Part shown: positions 45,892-54,888 of the stretch, piece by piece
Layout of the letters: every line of letters starts with the position of its first letter
Position numbering within the stretch: position 1 is the first letter of the stretch
IMG/VR virus record: IMGVR_UViG_3300020472_000033
Span: 1 to 54,888 of that record
Reading direction: 5' to 3' (one strand)
From: a virus
Lineage: Duplodnaviria; Caudoviricetes
DNA length: 54,888 nucleotides
The notes under the pieces: model-generated
The model's input: only the letters and a program-made list of their open reading frames with translations
Database searches by the model: none
What the model was told of the DNA's origin: nothing
Program-made: the position numbers and the translations under genes

Positions 45892-47421
45892 ATGGCAACA
45901 GTTTTACAAATCAAAAGAGGCTCTCAAGCAGGAACAACTCAACCATCTAGTCTATCAGCTGGTGAATTAGCTGTAAGTTATGGTACTGGTACTTCTGCAC
46001 AACTACAGGGAAATAACGGTCAAAGAATTTTTGTAGGTAATCATGATGGAAGTGGGATACAAGTAGTTGGGGGCAAATATTTTGCAGATAAGTTAGATCA
46101 TGTAGATGGAACTCTTACTGCTGATTCAGCAATAACAACAGATACTAATAGTTCTGTAGATACACTTAAAATAGGAAATCATAATGCTAATGCTTCACAG
46201 TTTAAACTTATGGAAGCAACGGCAAATGGTACTAATGCAATTATTTTTAAAGGTCAAGCAGCTTTAGCTGCCGATAAAACAATTACATTTCCAGCTGAAA
46301 CAGGAACAGCATTAACATCTGTTTCCAGTGACAGTGATTTAAATAATTTAGGTACGCAAGATGAAAACTTGGATATGGGAACAAGTTATAAAATTGTAAA
46401 TCTTGCCGAGCCCACTAATGCACAAGATGCTGCTACCAAAAATTATGTAGACGCAAACAGTCAAGGATTAGATATTAAAGAATCTTGTGTTGTTGGTTCT
46501 ACCCAAGATATTGATAGTGATGCTACAGCTGGTACTTTTTCATATGCAAATGGAACTGCTGGTGTAGGTGCAACTTTAACAAATACACACCAAGAAGCTG
46601 TTAACATAGATGGTGTTGCTCTTGACGCTGTTAATATGAGAGTACTCCTTAAAGACCAAACTGCTCCAGCTGAAAATGGTATTTACTATGTTTCAACTGT
46701 AGGTGCTGGTGGAGCAGCTTTAGTTCTTACTAGAACATTGGACGGTGATTCACCTTCCGATTTAAGTTCTGGTTCTTTTACCTTTGTAGAAAAAGGTACT
46801 GTTAATGCTGACAATGGTTATGTTATGTCACAAGATGCAGCTATTACTATAGGTACAACGGCAATCACTTGGTCACAATTTTCTGGTGCTGGACAAATTA
46901 CTGCTGGTAATGGTATAGAGAAAACTGGAAATACATTAAACTTAGATATAAAAGCAAATAGTGGTATTGTAATTGATGGTGTAGAACTTTCTATGGATTT
47001 AGGTGCTTCTTCTATTACTGGTACTCTTGCGATTGGAGATGGTGGAACTGGTGCTACATCTCAAGCCACAGCTGCAACAGCATTAGGAGTGGGTACTGGT
47101 GACAGTCCACAACTAACAGGAATTAATCTTGGTCATGCTTCAGATACTACTCTTTCAAGAGCTTCGGCTGGAGATGTTAATATTGAGGGGAATATTATAT
47201 ATCGTGCTGGTGGAACAGATGTTGCTGTTGCAGACGGTGGAACTGGATTAAGTACATTTGCAAAAGGTTCAGTCGTTGTTGCAAACGCAGCTGATACAAT
47301 TTCTGCATTAGATGGTGGAACTACAGTTACAAGTACTGGTGCTCATGGTATTTTATTATATGCAGAATCTTCAGATACGATTGCTTGGAGTGAAAGTTTA
47401 GATGGTGGAACTTGGTCATAG
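45892..47421 (+). CDS. Tail fibre protein
   Basis: LQIKRG...GELA, DAATKNYVD, RVLLKDQT...ENGIY, GGTG repeats. Confidence 0.85.
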   Translation: MATVLQIKRGSQAGTTQPSSLSAGELAVSYGTGTSAQLQGNNGQRIFVGNHDGSGIQVVGGKYFADKLDHVDGTLTADSAITTDTNSSVDTLKIGNHNANASQFKLMEATANGTNAIIFKGQAALAADKTITFPAETGTALTSVSSDSDLNNLGTQDENLDMGTSYKIVNLAEPTNAQDAATKNYVDANSQGLDIKESCVVGSTQDIDSDATAGTFSYANGTAGVGATLTNTHQEAVNIDGVALDAVNMRVLLKDQTAPAENGIYYVSTVGAGGAALVLTRTLDGDSPSDLSSGSFTFVEKGTVNADNGYVMSQDAAITIGTTAITWSQFSGAGQITAGNGIEKTGNTLNLDIKANSGIVIDGVELSMDLGASSITGTLAIGDGGTGATSQATAATALGVGTGDSPQLTGINLGHASDTTLSRASAGDVNIEGNIIYRAGGTDVAVADGGTGLSTFAKGSVVVANAADTISALDGGTTVTSTGAHGILLYAESSDTIAWSESLDGGTWS

Positions 47422-47430
47422 GGAAGTATA

Positions 47431-47997
47431 ATGTCTACTGTAATTAAATTAAAAAGAAAATTTTCTGCTGGGGCTCCAGCATTATCTGACCTTGTAGAAG
47501 GTGAAGTTGCTGTAAATACAGTAGATAAAAGAATTTATATGCGAGATGCTAGTAACCAAGTTGTTACTGTAGCGGAATCTGGTGCTTCAGTTGTAATATC
47601 AGAAACAGCTCCTGCTGGTGCAGCTGTAGGTGATATGTGGTTTGATTCTTCTGACAATGCTGGAAGAATAAAGGTTTATTATAATGATGGTGATTCTACA
47701 CAATGGATAGATGCAACACCAATATCTTCAATACCAGAAGCTGTTATGGTACAGGAAGATGGTGGAGATTATATTATACATGAAGATAATTCTTTTATAT
47801 CATATGAACAAGCAACCAATGATATCCATCTAAATCCTGTTTTACCTTTTGTTAGTGTTCAAAATGATACAGCTTATTTAGCAACGATTGATGCTAATCC
47901 TTCTGCAACATCAGATATTGATGTAACATTACCCACCAATAGTGGAACATTACAAACAGAAGATGATGTAATTGGTTTAATTATGGCTATGGGATAA
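47431..47997 (+). CDS. Short fibre-like virion protein
   Basis: IKLKR...GEVAVNTVD, GDMWFDS, ends IGLIMAMG. Confidence 0.75.
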   Translation: MSTVIKLKRKFSAGAPALSDLVEGEVAVNTVDKRIYMRDASNQVVTVAESGASVVISETAPAGAAVGDMWFDSSDNAGRIKVYYNDGDSTQWIDATPISSIPEAVMVQEDGGDYIIHEDNSFISYEQATNDIHLNPVLPFVSVQNDTAYLATIDANPSATSDIDVTLPTNSGTLQTEDDVIGLIMAMG

Positions 47998-48026
47998 GTG
48001 ATAAATAGTATTAAAGGAATATATAA

Positions 48027-51000
48027 ATGGCTAAGAAGTTAGTTTACGATTATACTATAGATGCTAGTGCTAGTAAAATTAGTGTTAAAGAAAATCATCG
48101 TATAGAAACATTACTAATTATAACTGATATTACTATAGGTAAAATTTTATATAAATTTGCTAGTCCAGATTTTGGCTATGTATCTTCTACGTATAATTCT
48201 ACTACAGAATACACAGAGATAGTTTTAGAACAAAATTTAAGTGGTCTTGGTGTACAAAATACAGATAAACTTCAAATATTTTTTGAGGAACAGCATACTT
48301 CAATTGAACCAGCTCGTGCTATTGTTGACCCTGTTCATAAACTTAGAGTTTCACAACCACAAAACTTAATTGATACAGATTTTGAATATGGACTTCAATC
48401 AACTAAATGGGAAACATTAGAAACTGTTAATAATGTTCCTTCTATTTTTTCTAATGCTGAAGATGGTATACAAAATGTACAATCAGTAACCTCTACAGCA
48501 TCTTCTAATGCTATTAGTGTAGTTACAGCTCAAGATCATGGTCTTGTTGTAGGAACTCCCATTGATGTTCAAGGTTTGGATTCTGCAACAGCAGAAGGTA
48601 AATATGTTATAAAAAGTGTTCCTACAACAGCATCCTTTACCTATCAAGCAAAAGCTGTTCAATCTACAACTGGAGTCATAAGTGGTGTGTATACACAAAT
48701 TATACCTGGCGAATTTTATACAGCATCAGAATTAGTTGTTAGTAGTACAGGAGGAATTACCACAGACGAAGGAAGTTCAAGTAATCTTACGATAAATACT
48801 GAATTTCAACATGGGTTTACTACAAGTACACAATTCTATTTACTTAATACTTTAGGAAGAAAACAATCTATCATAGCAGATCCAACAGCTGCAGCTCCAG
48901 ATACTTATAAGTATGCAGAAAATACAGCTACTGTAACAACTACTCTTAATCCTTTAGTTGTTAGTTCAAGTAATTTTAAAAGAATGAAATCTGGAGTAAG
49001 TTTTGATTTTAATGCTGCTAATACTGATGGAAATAGTCCTAGTAATATTACCTTAACTGCACATGGTTTAAAAAGTAATGACTATGTTCAATATCAAGTT
49101 TATGGTAATGATGCTCCTTTGAATGGTTTGGATAGATTTGAGATATGTGTTGTAAAATATATTGATGATAATACTATACAACTCTCATCCCAAATGGATA
49201 GTGTTGCACTTGGAAAAACATCACCAGATGCTAATTTTAAACAAATTACATTAGGATCAGCAACATTTGATTATGGTAAACATAAATTACATTTGGTTTA
49301 TGCTGTTTCAAGAGTTTATATAAGTAATAATTATCAAATGCATATGTATCCTCATGCCTATACTAAAAGTCTAAATGGTAGTGAAAGTAAACTTTCTGGT
49401 TCATATTCTGGTTGGCAATTAAAAACTACAACAGGATATGGTACTGGTAATGCTAGTTTAAAACATATGATGCTGATAAATGATGGACGATTTGCCTCTG
49501 TTAATAATTCTTCTTTTCCTAGACATTTTTATCGTGAAAACTTTAATGGTATGTATTCAGCTATAGCCCGATTCCCTGCTACTGGTAGTAGAGATTATTA
49601 TGGTTATGCGCCTTTTTGTAGTTTTTCTGGTAAAGGGTCTGGAACTTTTTATTTCAAACTTGATTTGAGAGAGGTACTGCCCACTGAGTTTTTTGATAGT
49701 GCCAATTATGCCAGTTATGTCCGGCCGCAATATGCTGTAGGTAGGGGTGCTGTATCAGCTGGTTCAAACCGATTTCAAATGAGGACTTACAGCACTTCTA
49801 ATTATACTGGTGGTTACCATACTTTTTATATGGACAATATTAATACTGGTGCTGGTAATGATAGAAATTACTTTAAAGTGTCAAGCACACACGCTCCTGG
49901 CAGTGTGCTTAGTTATATAAATTCCACTAAACCGTATTTATACGTAGCTATCGTAGCAGATGGTAGTGTGCCTGAAGCGAATATTGATGGAATGGATGAT
50001 GATATAAATTGGGAATTTGTTCCATTCTGGTATTTTCAAGTTACTAGAGGTACAGACCCATACGGCACAAATCATAGAGATTTTACTACTTCACCTTGGT
50101 ATCCTTATCCAGAAAAATCTGGAAGAAGTGATGGTTTGGGTAATAATGAGCCTGGCTATTATAATTATTATAATGATAATAGAGGTTATGGCGATGGAAG
50201 AGTGACTTGGACTAATACACACTATCAAGGAACTAGTAGTGGGTATCTCAGACATTATCAAACAACTGATTATGATACTAGTCCAGATTGGAATAATCAG
50301 GGCACAACAACTACACTATACGATACTGGATTATTTGCTGTACCATTATACGATGAAGATACTTATAATTCTTTATATTGGCAGAATCATGGGTTATTAA
50401 CAAATGATACAGTTACAATTTATAATTTAGATGACCAAATAGTATTAGAAGACGCAACAGGAAGCGCAGGCGATAGGTTATTGGTTGATGGTATTGATAC
50501 TGACGGAACAGCAGCTGGTAATTTTTTCTCTGTAGAAAGTTCTATTAGTACTAGTATAAAAGTATATACTACAGAATATCCTAATTATGACCTTCCTCTT
50601 AGTAACCGAAAGGCCTATACCCCTCAACCATTTAGCTCGTATAATAGGAGAGGTACTAATTGGAATAACAGTAGCTGGCAAGGAAATCAAGATACTGATA
50701 TATCTCTTAGGGGAGAATATCTACCAACAAAAGTTTATGGGGGTAAAGGTACAGACAAGTATGGTACTAATATAACAACAACATCATCTCCTGCTATTCC
50801 AGCTGTTGGTAAAGGAGCTCCAGATATTCTTCATACAGGAGAATGGGCCGGCCGAGAAGGGTTGCAAATTAAGTTTGAAGAAGAAATTCCTTCTGGAACT
50901 AGTTGTTATGTAGAAAAGGTTAATGATAATTACGTTAGAATATTACCAGCTGCTGGTGGATCTGCCTATCGGTTACGAACTGCTGAGGGTGTGTATAAAC

Positions 51001-54000
51001 TTGTTGCAGAAAAATCAAATCCATTTCAAGGATCATTCTATGCATCTAATCATGGATTTACTTCTAATACTGGTATACTATTCAATAATAGTGGGGGTGG
51101 TAGTTATCCAACAATTGATGCTGTTGGAACATATTATACTTCTTTTAATTCTTGGGCTAAAAATCTATTGGTAGATACTGTATCTTCCAAATGGGATCAC
51201 GCTGTAGCTCATAATAATATTAATCCTTATGATCAGACTGCCTCGGCCTCAGCTGAGAATTATTATATGGTATATGGAACACCATCAGCTCAACGAATGT
51301 TTAATGGTAACGGTAGACGGTGGTATGCTCTAATGTATCATCCTACCGTTAGTAATAAATATGGTGCTACTCCTAGATTTAGACAAGGTGATTCTGTATG
51401 GAATCCTTGGATTTCTTCTGCTACAGGAGCTCGTGCTTATGGAACTGCTTCAGATTATAATGAATATCTTGGTCATTACGATACAGATAAAAAAGATGGA
51501 GCTTCTGGCACTGGGTCAACCAATTTTCAAGAAAATGCTGGTAATATAAAATATGCTACAAATACTAAAGCTCTTGGAGTAGCCCAAAACAATCTTTGGA
51601 CAATATTGTGTTTTCCACCAAAGAAAAATAATTTCTATTATACTGCTAATGGTTCTGGAAGATTTGATATGCGATATAATGAATCGCATAATGTAGGTGC
51701 TATTTATCCTACCAGTACTGGTAGTGGTTGGATGTATAATATGGGCAATTATCCAGCTCACACTGGCAATAGTTCTACTGGTTGGACAAATAGTAGAAAT
51801 CATCAAATCTTGGCTGCTGGTTTAAAAACTGGAAGTATCACTGATGTACAAATTGTTTTGGAACAAGCAACAACTAGTTATCCTGCCAGTAATCCAGACT
51901 ATTTAGTTTTAGATACAGCTGCAGATGCTAATGATAATATAATGCATGAAGATATTTCATTAGGTAATTTTAGATTTTGTGGTACTACTCATCAAGTTTG
52001 GGGCCATAGTAATGGTAGAAATTCAATAGTACATATTGATATATGGATTGATAATCCAACTGATATGGGTGCAACTCCAGAGGGTCAAACAGGCCTAGGT
52101 ATACAAGGAGTTTACTTTAGTAGATATTATTATAGTAGTAATTGGGGAGGATACAATCGGCAATTGACTCAAAATTATAGTTACTCTAGAACGTATGGTG
52201 CTAATTTTATTCATGCTAATGGATTGTTAACGTGCGATAGTGGTGTTAAACTTGCAAAAAGTACTGTTGAAGGAGTCATGGTACAATTTATGCAAGATTT
52301 TATGGAAAATGTACAGGTTACACCTCCAGCTTTTAATAATACTGATACATATTATATTGATGTTGTTGATGATAATAGATTTAAATTAAAAACTTCTACA
52401 GCTGCAGATCCTTTGGTAATTTCAACTACTGGTAGTGGAGAATTTACTTTTACTTCTGCTAGAGGAGAACTAGGTAGTAATGATGGTGCTTTTGAAGCTA
52501 CTGCTGTTGGTGCTAATTCTGTTAGTGTTGCCGTACCTTTTAAGGTTTTACAAAGAGAAATAGAATTTACTGAAGCAACTTTTCAACAAGGTACTTCATT
52601 ATTTGATTCTGACAATCATGGATTAGTAACAGGACAACAACTTGTTTATGATAATGGTGGGAATACAGATGTTACTGGATTATCAAGTGGAACTGTATAT
52701 TATGCTATAGCAACTAATAATGACCAGTTTGGTGTAGCTCTTAGTTATGCACAAGCATTAACTAGTGAAACTATTTTGATTGATGATATTACAGGCACAC
52801 ACAAATTTACTTCAGATAGAATTGACGGTAAAGGTAAAGGACAAGGTACTGTTACTGTTTCAGAGTTAACAAAAGTAGTTACTGGTAATGAAACTTTATT
52901 TAAACGATATTTCTTGCCAGGAGATACTTTTAGTGTAAAAGATACAACACAATCTCCAAATATTATGACTGATTTTGTTATTGATTCTGTTACTAGTGAT
53001 ACTTCAATGAAGTTAACAGAGATACCAACATTTACTGCTGAAGAAACAGAATATGTTGTTAAAACAAAATTTTATACTAGACCTTCTGGTTCTTTTATTC
53101 ATAGGTCTTTTGATGGTGGAGTAGAAATTAAAGCTGGTAAGTCTCCCAAGAGCGTTATTACCAGACAAACAAGAAAATACTTTAGATATCAGTCTGGTAA
53201 AGGTATTCAATGTTCTCTTGCTATAAACTTTAATCCACCAAATTTAATAAAATCTTTACAGTCAGCTGGTTCTGCTACCTGTACACTTACTACGCAATAT
53301 CCACATGGAATAACAGTTGGTTGTGGAATAAAAGTTGAGGGTATTACAAATGATTCTGCATATAATGGTTCATTTACAGTTGCAAGTGTAACAGACGAGT
53401 TTACTTTCACTTACGCTGCTGGAAGTACACCATCTGCCACAACTGCAACTGGAGAGATGCAATTTCATGCCATAAATTGGAATGGTGCTTTGGTTCGTGG
53501 GGGTATGTTTGATAGTCAAAATGGTTTCTTTTATGAATTTGATGGTAGCGATTTATGGGCCGTTAGACGTTCTTCAACATTACAAATATCTGGAACTGCT
53601 ACTTTAACTCAAAAAAGTCAAACTGTTACAGGAACAAACACTTCTTGGAGTAGTACATTAAGTGCTGGTGACAGTATAGTTATTCGTGGCCAAACTTACC
53701 AAGTAGTTAATATAGCAAGTAATACTAGTATGACTATTCAGCCAGCATTTAGGGGTAGTGATGTTACTGGAGTTATTATTACCAAAACTGTAGATACAAG
53801 AATTAAGTCTGATAATTGGTCTATTGATCCTTGTGATGGTACAGGCCCAAATGGTTATATATTAGATACTACAAAAATTCAGATGGTATATTTTGATTAT
53901 GCTTGGTATGGTGCTGGTAAAATTAGATTTGGGTTTAAAGATTGGGATGGAGAGGTTACATATACTCATGAATTTGTTCATAACAATAGATTAACAGAAG

Positions 54001-54888
54001 CATATTTCCGAGCTGGTAACTTGCCAGGAAGATATGAGATTGAAAATACAGGCAATCCAACTTATATTCCTAATCTATTCCATTGGGGTACTTCTATTAT
54101 TATGGATGGTACATTTGATGATGATGAAGCATATCTCTTTACTGCAAACAGTAATACTTTGAACTCTACTAATGGTCAATCTAATACCTCAACAACTAAT
54201 GCTACAACAAAAGTTTACAGAGATTATGGAAGTCAAAGTTGGGGTTGGTATGATTGGTATTATTTGATGCCGTTTCCGACAGCAGATGCTTCTAAATTAA
54301 CGCCTGGCTCAACTCTATTCTCAAATCTTGATGAAACTAGTGGTAGTGCCTCACAGAATGCTGCTAATCTAGCTGAAAACAATAGAATAAATCTTTTATT
54401 ACAAAGTGCTCCTTATGGTAATATCATTGATTATACACAATATAGTGGTTCATCTACAGAAATATATGTTTATGCTGGTAATTTCCGATGGCCAGGCCCT
54501 TCTAATCCTAGCATTGGTAGTAGTTCACCATTTTCTATTGGTGCTGATATTGCTGGTACTGGTGGAACTGGAAATATTCTTGACTTAACACAAGATTCAC
54601 CACTTGTTTCTATTCGTCTTGCTCCTTCTGTAGATTCTGGTATTCCTGGCTTAGTCGGAGAACGAGAGATTATTAATAGGATGCAATTGAAATTAAAAGA
54701 AATTGGTATTGTTACAACTCACGATTCAGAAATTGGTTTAATTTTGAATGGAACTCTGGATAATAAAACATGGGAAAGAGCAAATCAACCATCACTTTCT
54801 CAATTTATAGCTCACTCTGCTGGTGATAAAGTAACAGGTGGTTCTAAAATCTACTCCTTCCGAGCATCTGGTGGACAATTTGATTGGT
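48027..54888 (+). CDS. Very large virion structural protein (>2280 aa), 3' end off window
   Basis: Absent from ORF track, consistent with no stop; AAAGGA RBS, MAKKLVYDY..., LRVSQPQNLIDTDFEYGLQSTKWE, RQTRKYFRYQSGKG; same frame reads FRASGGQFDW at window end. Confidence 0.88.
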   Translation, partial: MAKKLVYDYTIDASASKISVKENHRIETLLIITDITIGKILYKFASPDFGYVSSTYNSTTEYTEIVLEQNLSGLGVQNTDKLQIFFEEQHTSIEPARAIVDPVHKLRVSQPQNLIDTDFEYGLQSTKWETLETVNNVPSIFSNAEDGIQNVQSVTSTASSNAISVVTAQDHGLVVGTPIDVQGLDSATAEGKYVIKSVPTTASFTYQAKAVQSTTGVISGVYTQIIPGEFYTASELVVSSTGGITTDEGSSSNLTINTEFQHGFTTSTQFYLLNTLGRKQSIIADPTAAAPDTYKYAENTATVTTTLNPLVVSSSNFKRMKSGVSFDFNAANTDGNSPSNITLTAHGLKSNDYVQYQVYGNDAPLNGLDRFEICVVKYIDDNTIQLSSQMDSVALGKTSPDANFKQITLGSATFDYGKHKLHLVYAVSRVYISNNYQMHMYPHAYTKSLNGSESKLSGSYSGWQLKTTTGYGTGNASLKHMMLINDGRFASVNNSSFPRHFYRENFNGMYSAIARFPATGSRDYYGYAPFCSFSGKGSGTFYFKLDLREVLPTEFFDSANYASYVRPQYAVGRGAVSAGSNRFQMRTYSTSNYTGGYHTFYMDNINTGAGNDRNYFKVSSTHAPGSVLSYINSTKPYLYVAIVADGSVPEANIDGMDDDINWEFVPFWYFQVTRGTDPYGTNHRDFTTSPWYPYPEKSGRSDGLGNNEPGYYNYYNDNRGYGDGRVTWTNTHYQGTSSGYLRHYQTTDYDTSPDWNNQGTTTTLYDTGLFAVPLYDEDTYNSLYWQNHGLLTNDTVTIYNLDDQIVLEDATGSAGDRLLVDGIDTDGTAAGNFFSVESSISTSIKVYTTEYPNYDLPLSNRKAYTPQPFSSYNRRGTNWNNSSWQGNQDTDISLRGEYLPTKVYGGKGTDKYGTNITTTSSPAIPAVGKGAPDILHTGEWAGREGLQIKFEEEIPSGTSCYVEKVNDNYVRILPAAGGSAYRLRTAEGVYKLVAEKSNPFQGSFYASNHGFTSNTGILFNNSGGGSYPTIDAVGTYYTSFNSWAKNLLVDTVSSKWDHAVAHNNINPYDQTASASAENYYMVYGTPSAQRMFNGNGRRWYALMYHPTVSNKYGATPRFRQGDSVWNPWISSATGARAYGTASDYNEYLGHYDTDKKDGASGTGSTNFQENAGNIKYATNTKALGVAQNNLWTILCFPPKKNNFYYTANGSGRFDMRYNESHNVGAIYPTSTGSGWMYNMGNYPAHTGNSSTGWTNSRNHQILAAGLKTGSITDVQIVLEQATTSYPASNPDYLVLDTAADANDNIMHEDISLGNFRFCGTTHQVWGHSNGRNSIVHIDIWIDNPTDMGATPEGQTGLGIQGVYFSRYYYSSNWGGYNRQLTQNYSYSRTYGANFIHANGLLTCDSGVKLAKSTVEGVMVQFMQDFMENVQVTPPAFNNTDTYYIDVVDDNRFKLKTSTAADPLVISTTGSGEFTFTSARGELGSNDGAFEATAVGANSVSVAVPFKVLQREIEFTEATFQQGTSLFDSDNHGLVTGQQLVYDNGGNTDVTGLSSGTVYYAIATNNDQFGVALSYAQALTSETILIDDITGTHKFTSDRIDGKGKGQGTVTVSELTKVVTGNETLFKRYFLPGDTFSVKDTTQSPNIMTDFVIDSVTSDTSMKLTEIPTFTAEETEYVVKTKFYTRPSGSFIHRSFDGGVEIKAGKSPKSVITRQTRKYFRYQSGKGIQCSLAINFNPPNLIKSLQSAGSATCTLTTQYPHGITVGCGIKVEGITNDSAYNGSFTVASVTDEFTFTYAAGSTPSATTATGEMQFHAINWNGALVRGGMFDSQNGFFYEFDGSDLWAVRRSSTLQISGTATLTQKSQTVTGTNTSWSSTLSAGDSIVIRGQTYQVVNIASNTSMTIQPAFRGSDVTGVIITKTVDTRIKSDNWSIDPCDGTGPNGYILDTTKIQMVYFDYAWYGAGKIRFGFKDWDGEVTYTHEFVHNNRLTEAYFRAGNLPGRYEIENTGNPTYIPNLFHWGTSIIMDGTFDDDEAYLFTANSNTLNSTNGQSNTSTTNATTKVYRDYGSQSWGWYDWYYLMPFPTADASKLTPGSTLFSNLDETSGSASQNAANLAENNRINLLLQSAPYGNIIDYTQYSGSSTEIYVYAGNFRWPGPSNPSIGSSSPFSIGADIAGTGGTGNILDLTQDSPLVSIRLAPSVDSGIPGLVGEREIINRMQLKLKEIGIVTTHDSEIGLILNGTLDNKTWERANQPSLSQFIAHSAGDKVTGGSKIYSFRASGGQFDW

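Noticed and set aside
48483-54588. Short ORFs listed within the last 7 kb
   Set aside because: Shadows of the single open frame starting at 48027

Overview
This is a 54.9-kb segment of a large, AT-rich T4-like myophage (marine cyanophage/pelagiphage-type gene set). An alphaproteobacterial host is suggested by a Usg-like gene and the accessory metabolic genes. The left end has late genes (gp4 on the minus strand; gp48, gp53 and a hub-like gene on the plus strand). A ~14.5-kb accessory island (3.6-18.1 kb) then splits the baseplate cluster. It holds a zeta-like kinase, an anticodon-domain-less AsnRS-like gene followed by a non-canonical tRNA-Asn(GTT), IscA, a dioxygenase alpha subunit lacking Rieske ligands, a thermonuclease, GMP reductase, glutaredoxin, an NDP-sugar epimerase, a 2OG-Fe(II) oxygenase and many small genes behind repeated sigma70 promoters. 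It also holds a GC-rich, largely non-coding locus (15.7-17.1 kb) with three promoter-driven RNA candidates and a possible replication origin. The right part has baseplate/virion genes (gp5, PAAR-like, gp25, gp6, gp7-like, gp9/10-like, gp8, VrlC-like), a 7-kb radical-SAM/PP-loop/methyltransferase/4x glycosyltransferase cassette, tail-fibre genes, and a >2280-aa virion protein running off the window. All calls come from motif recognition by eye; no database searches or folding programs were run.
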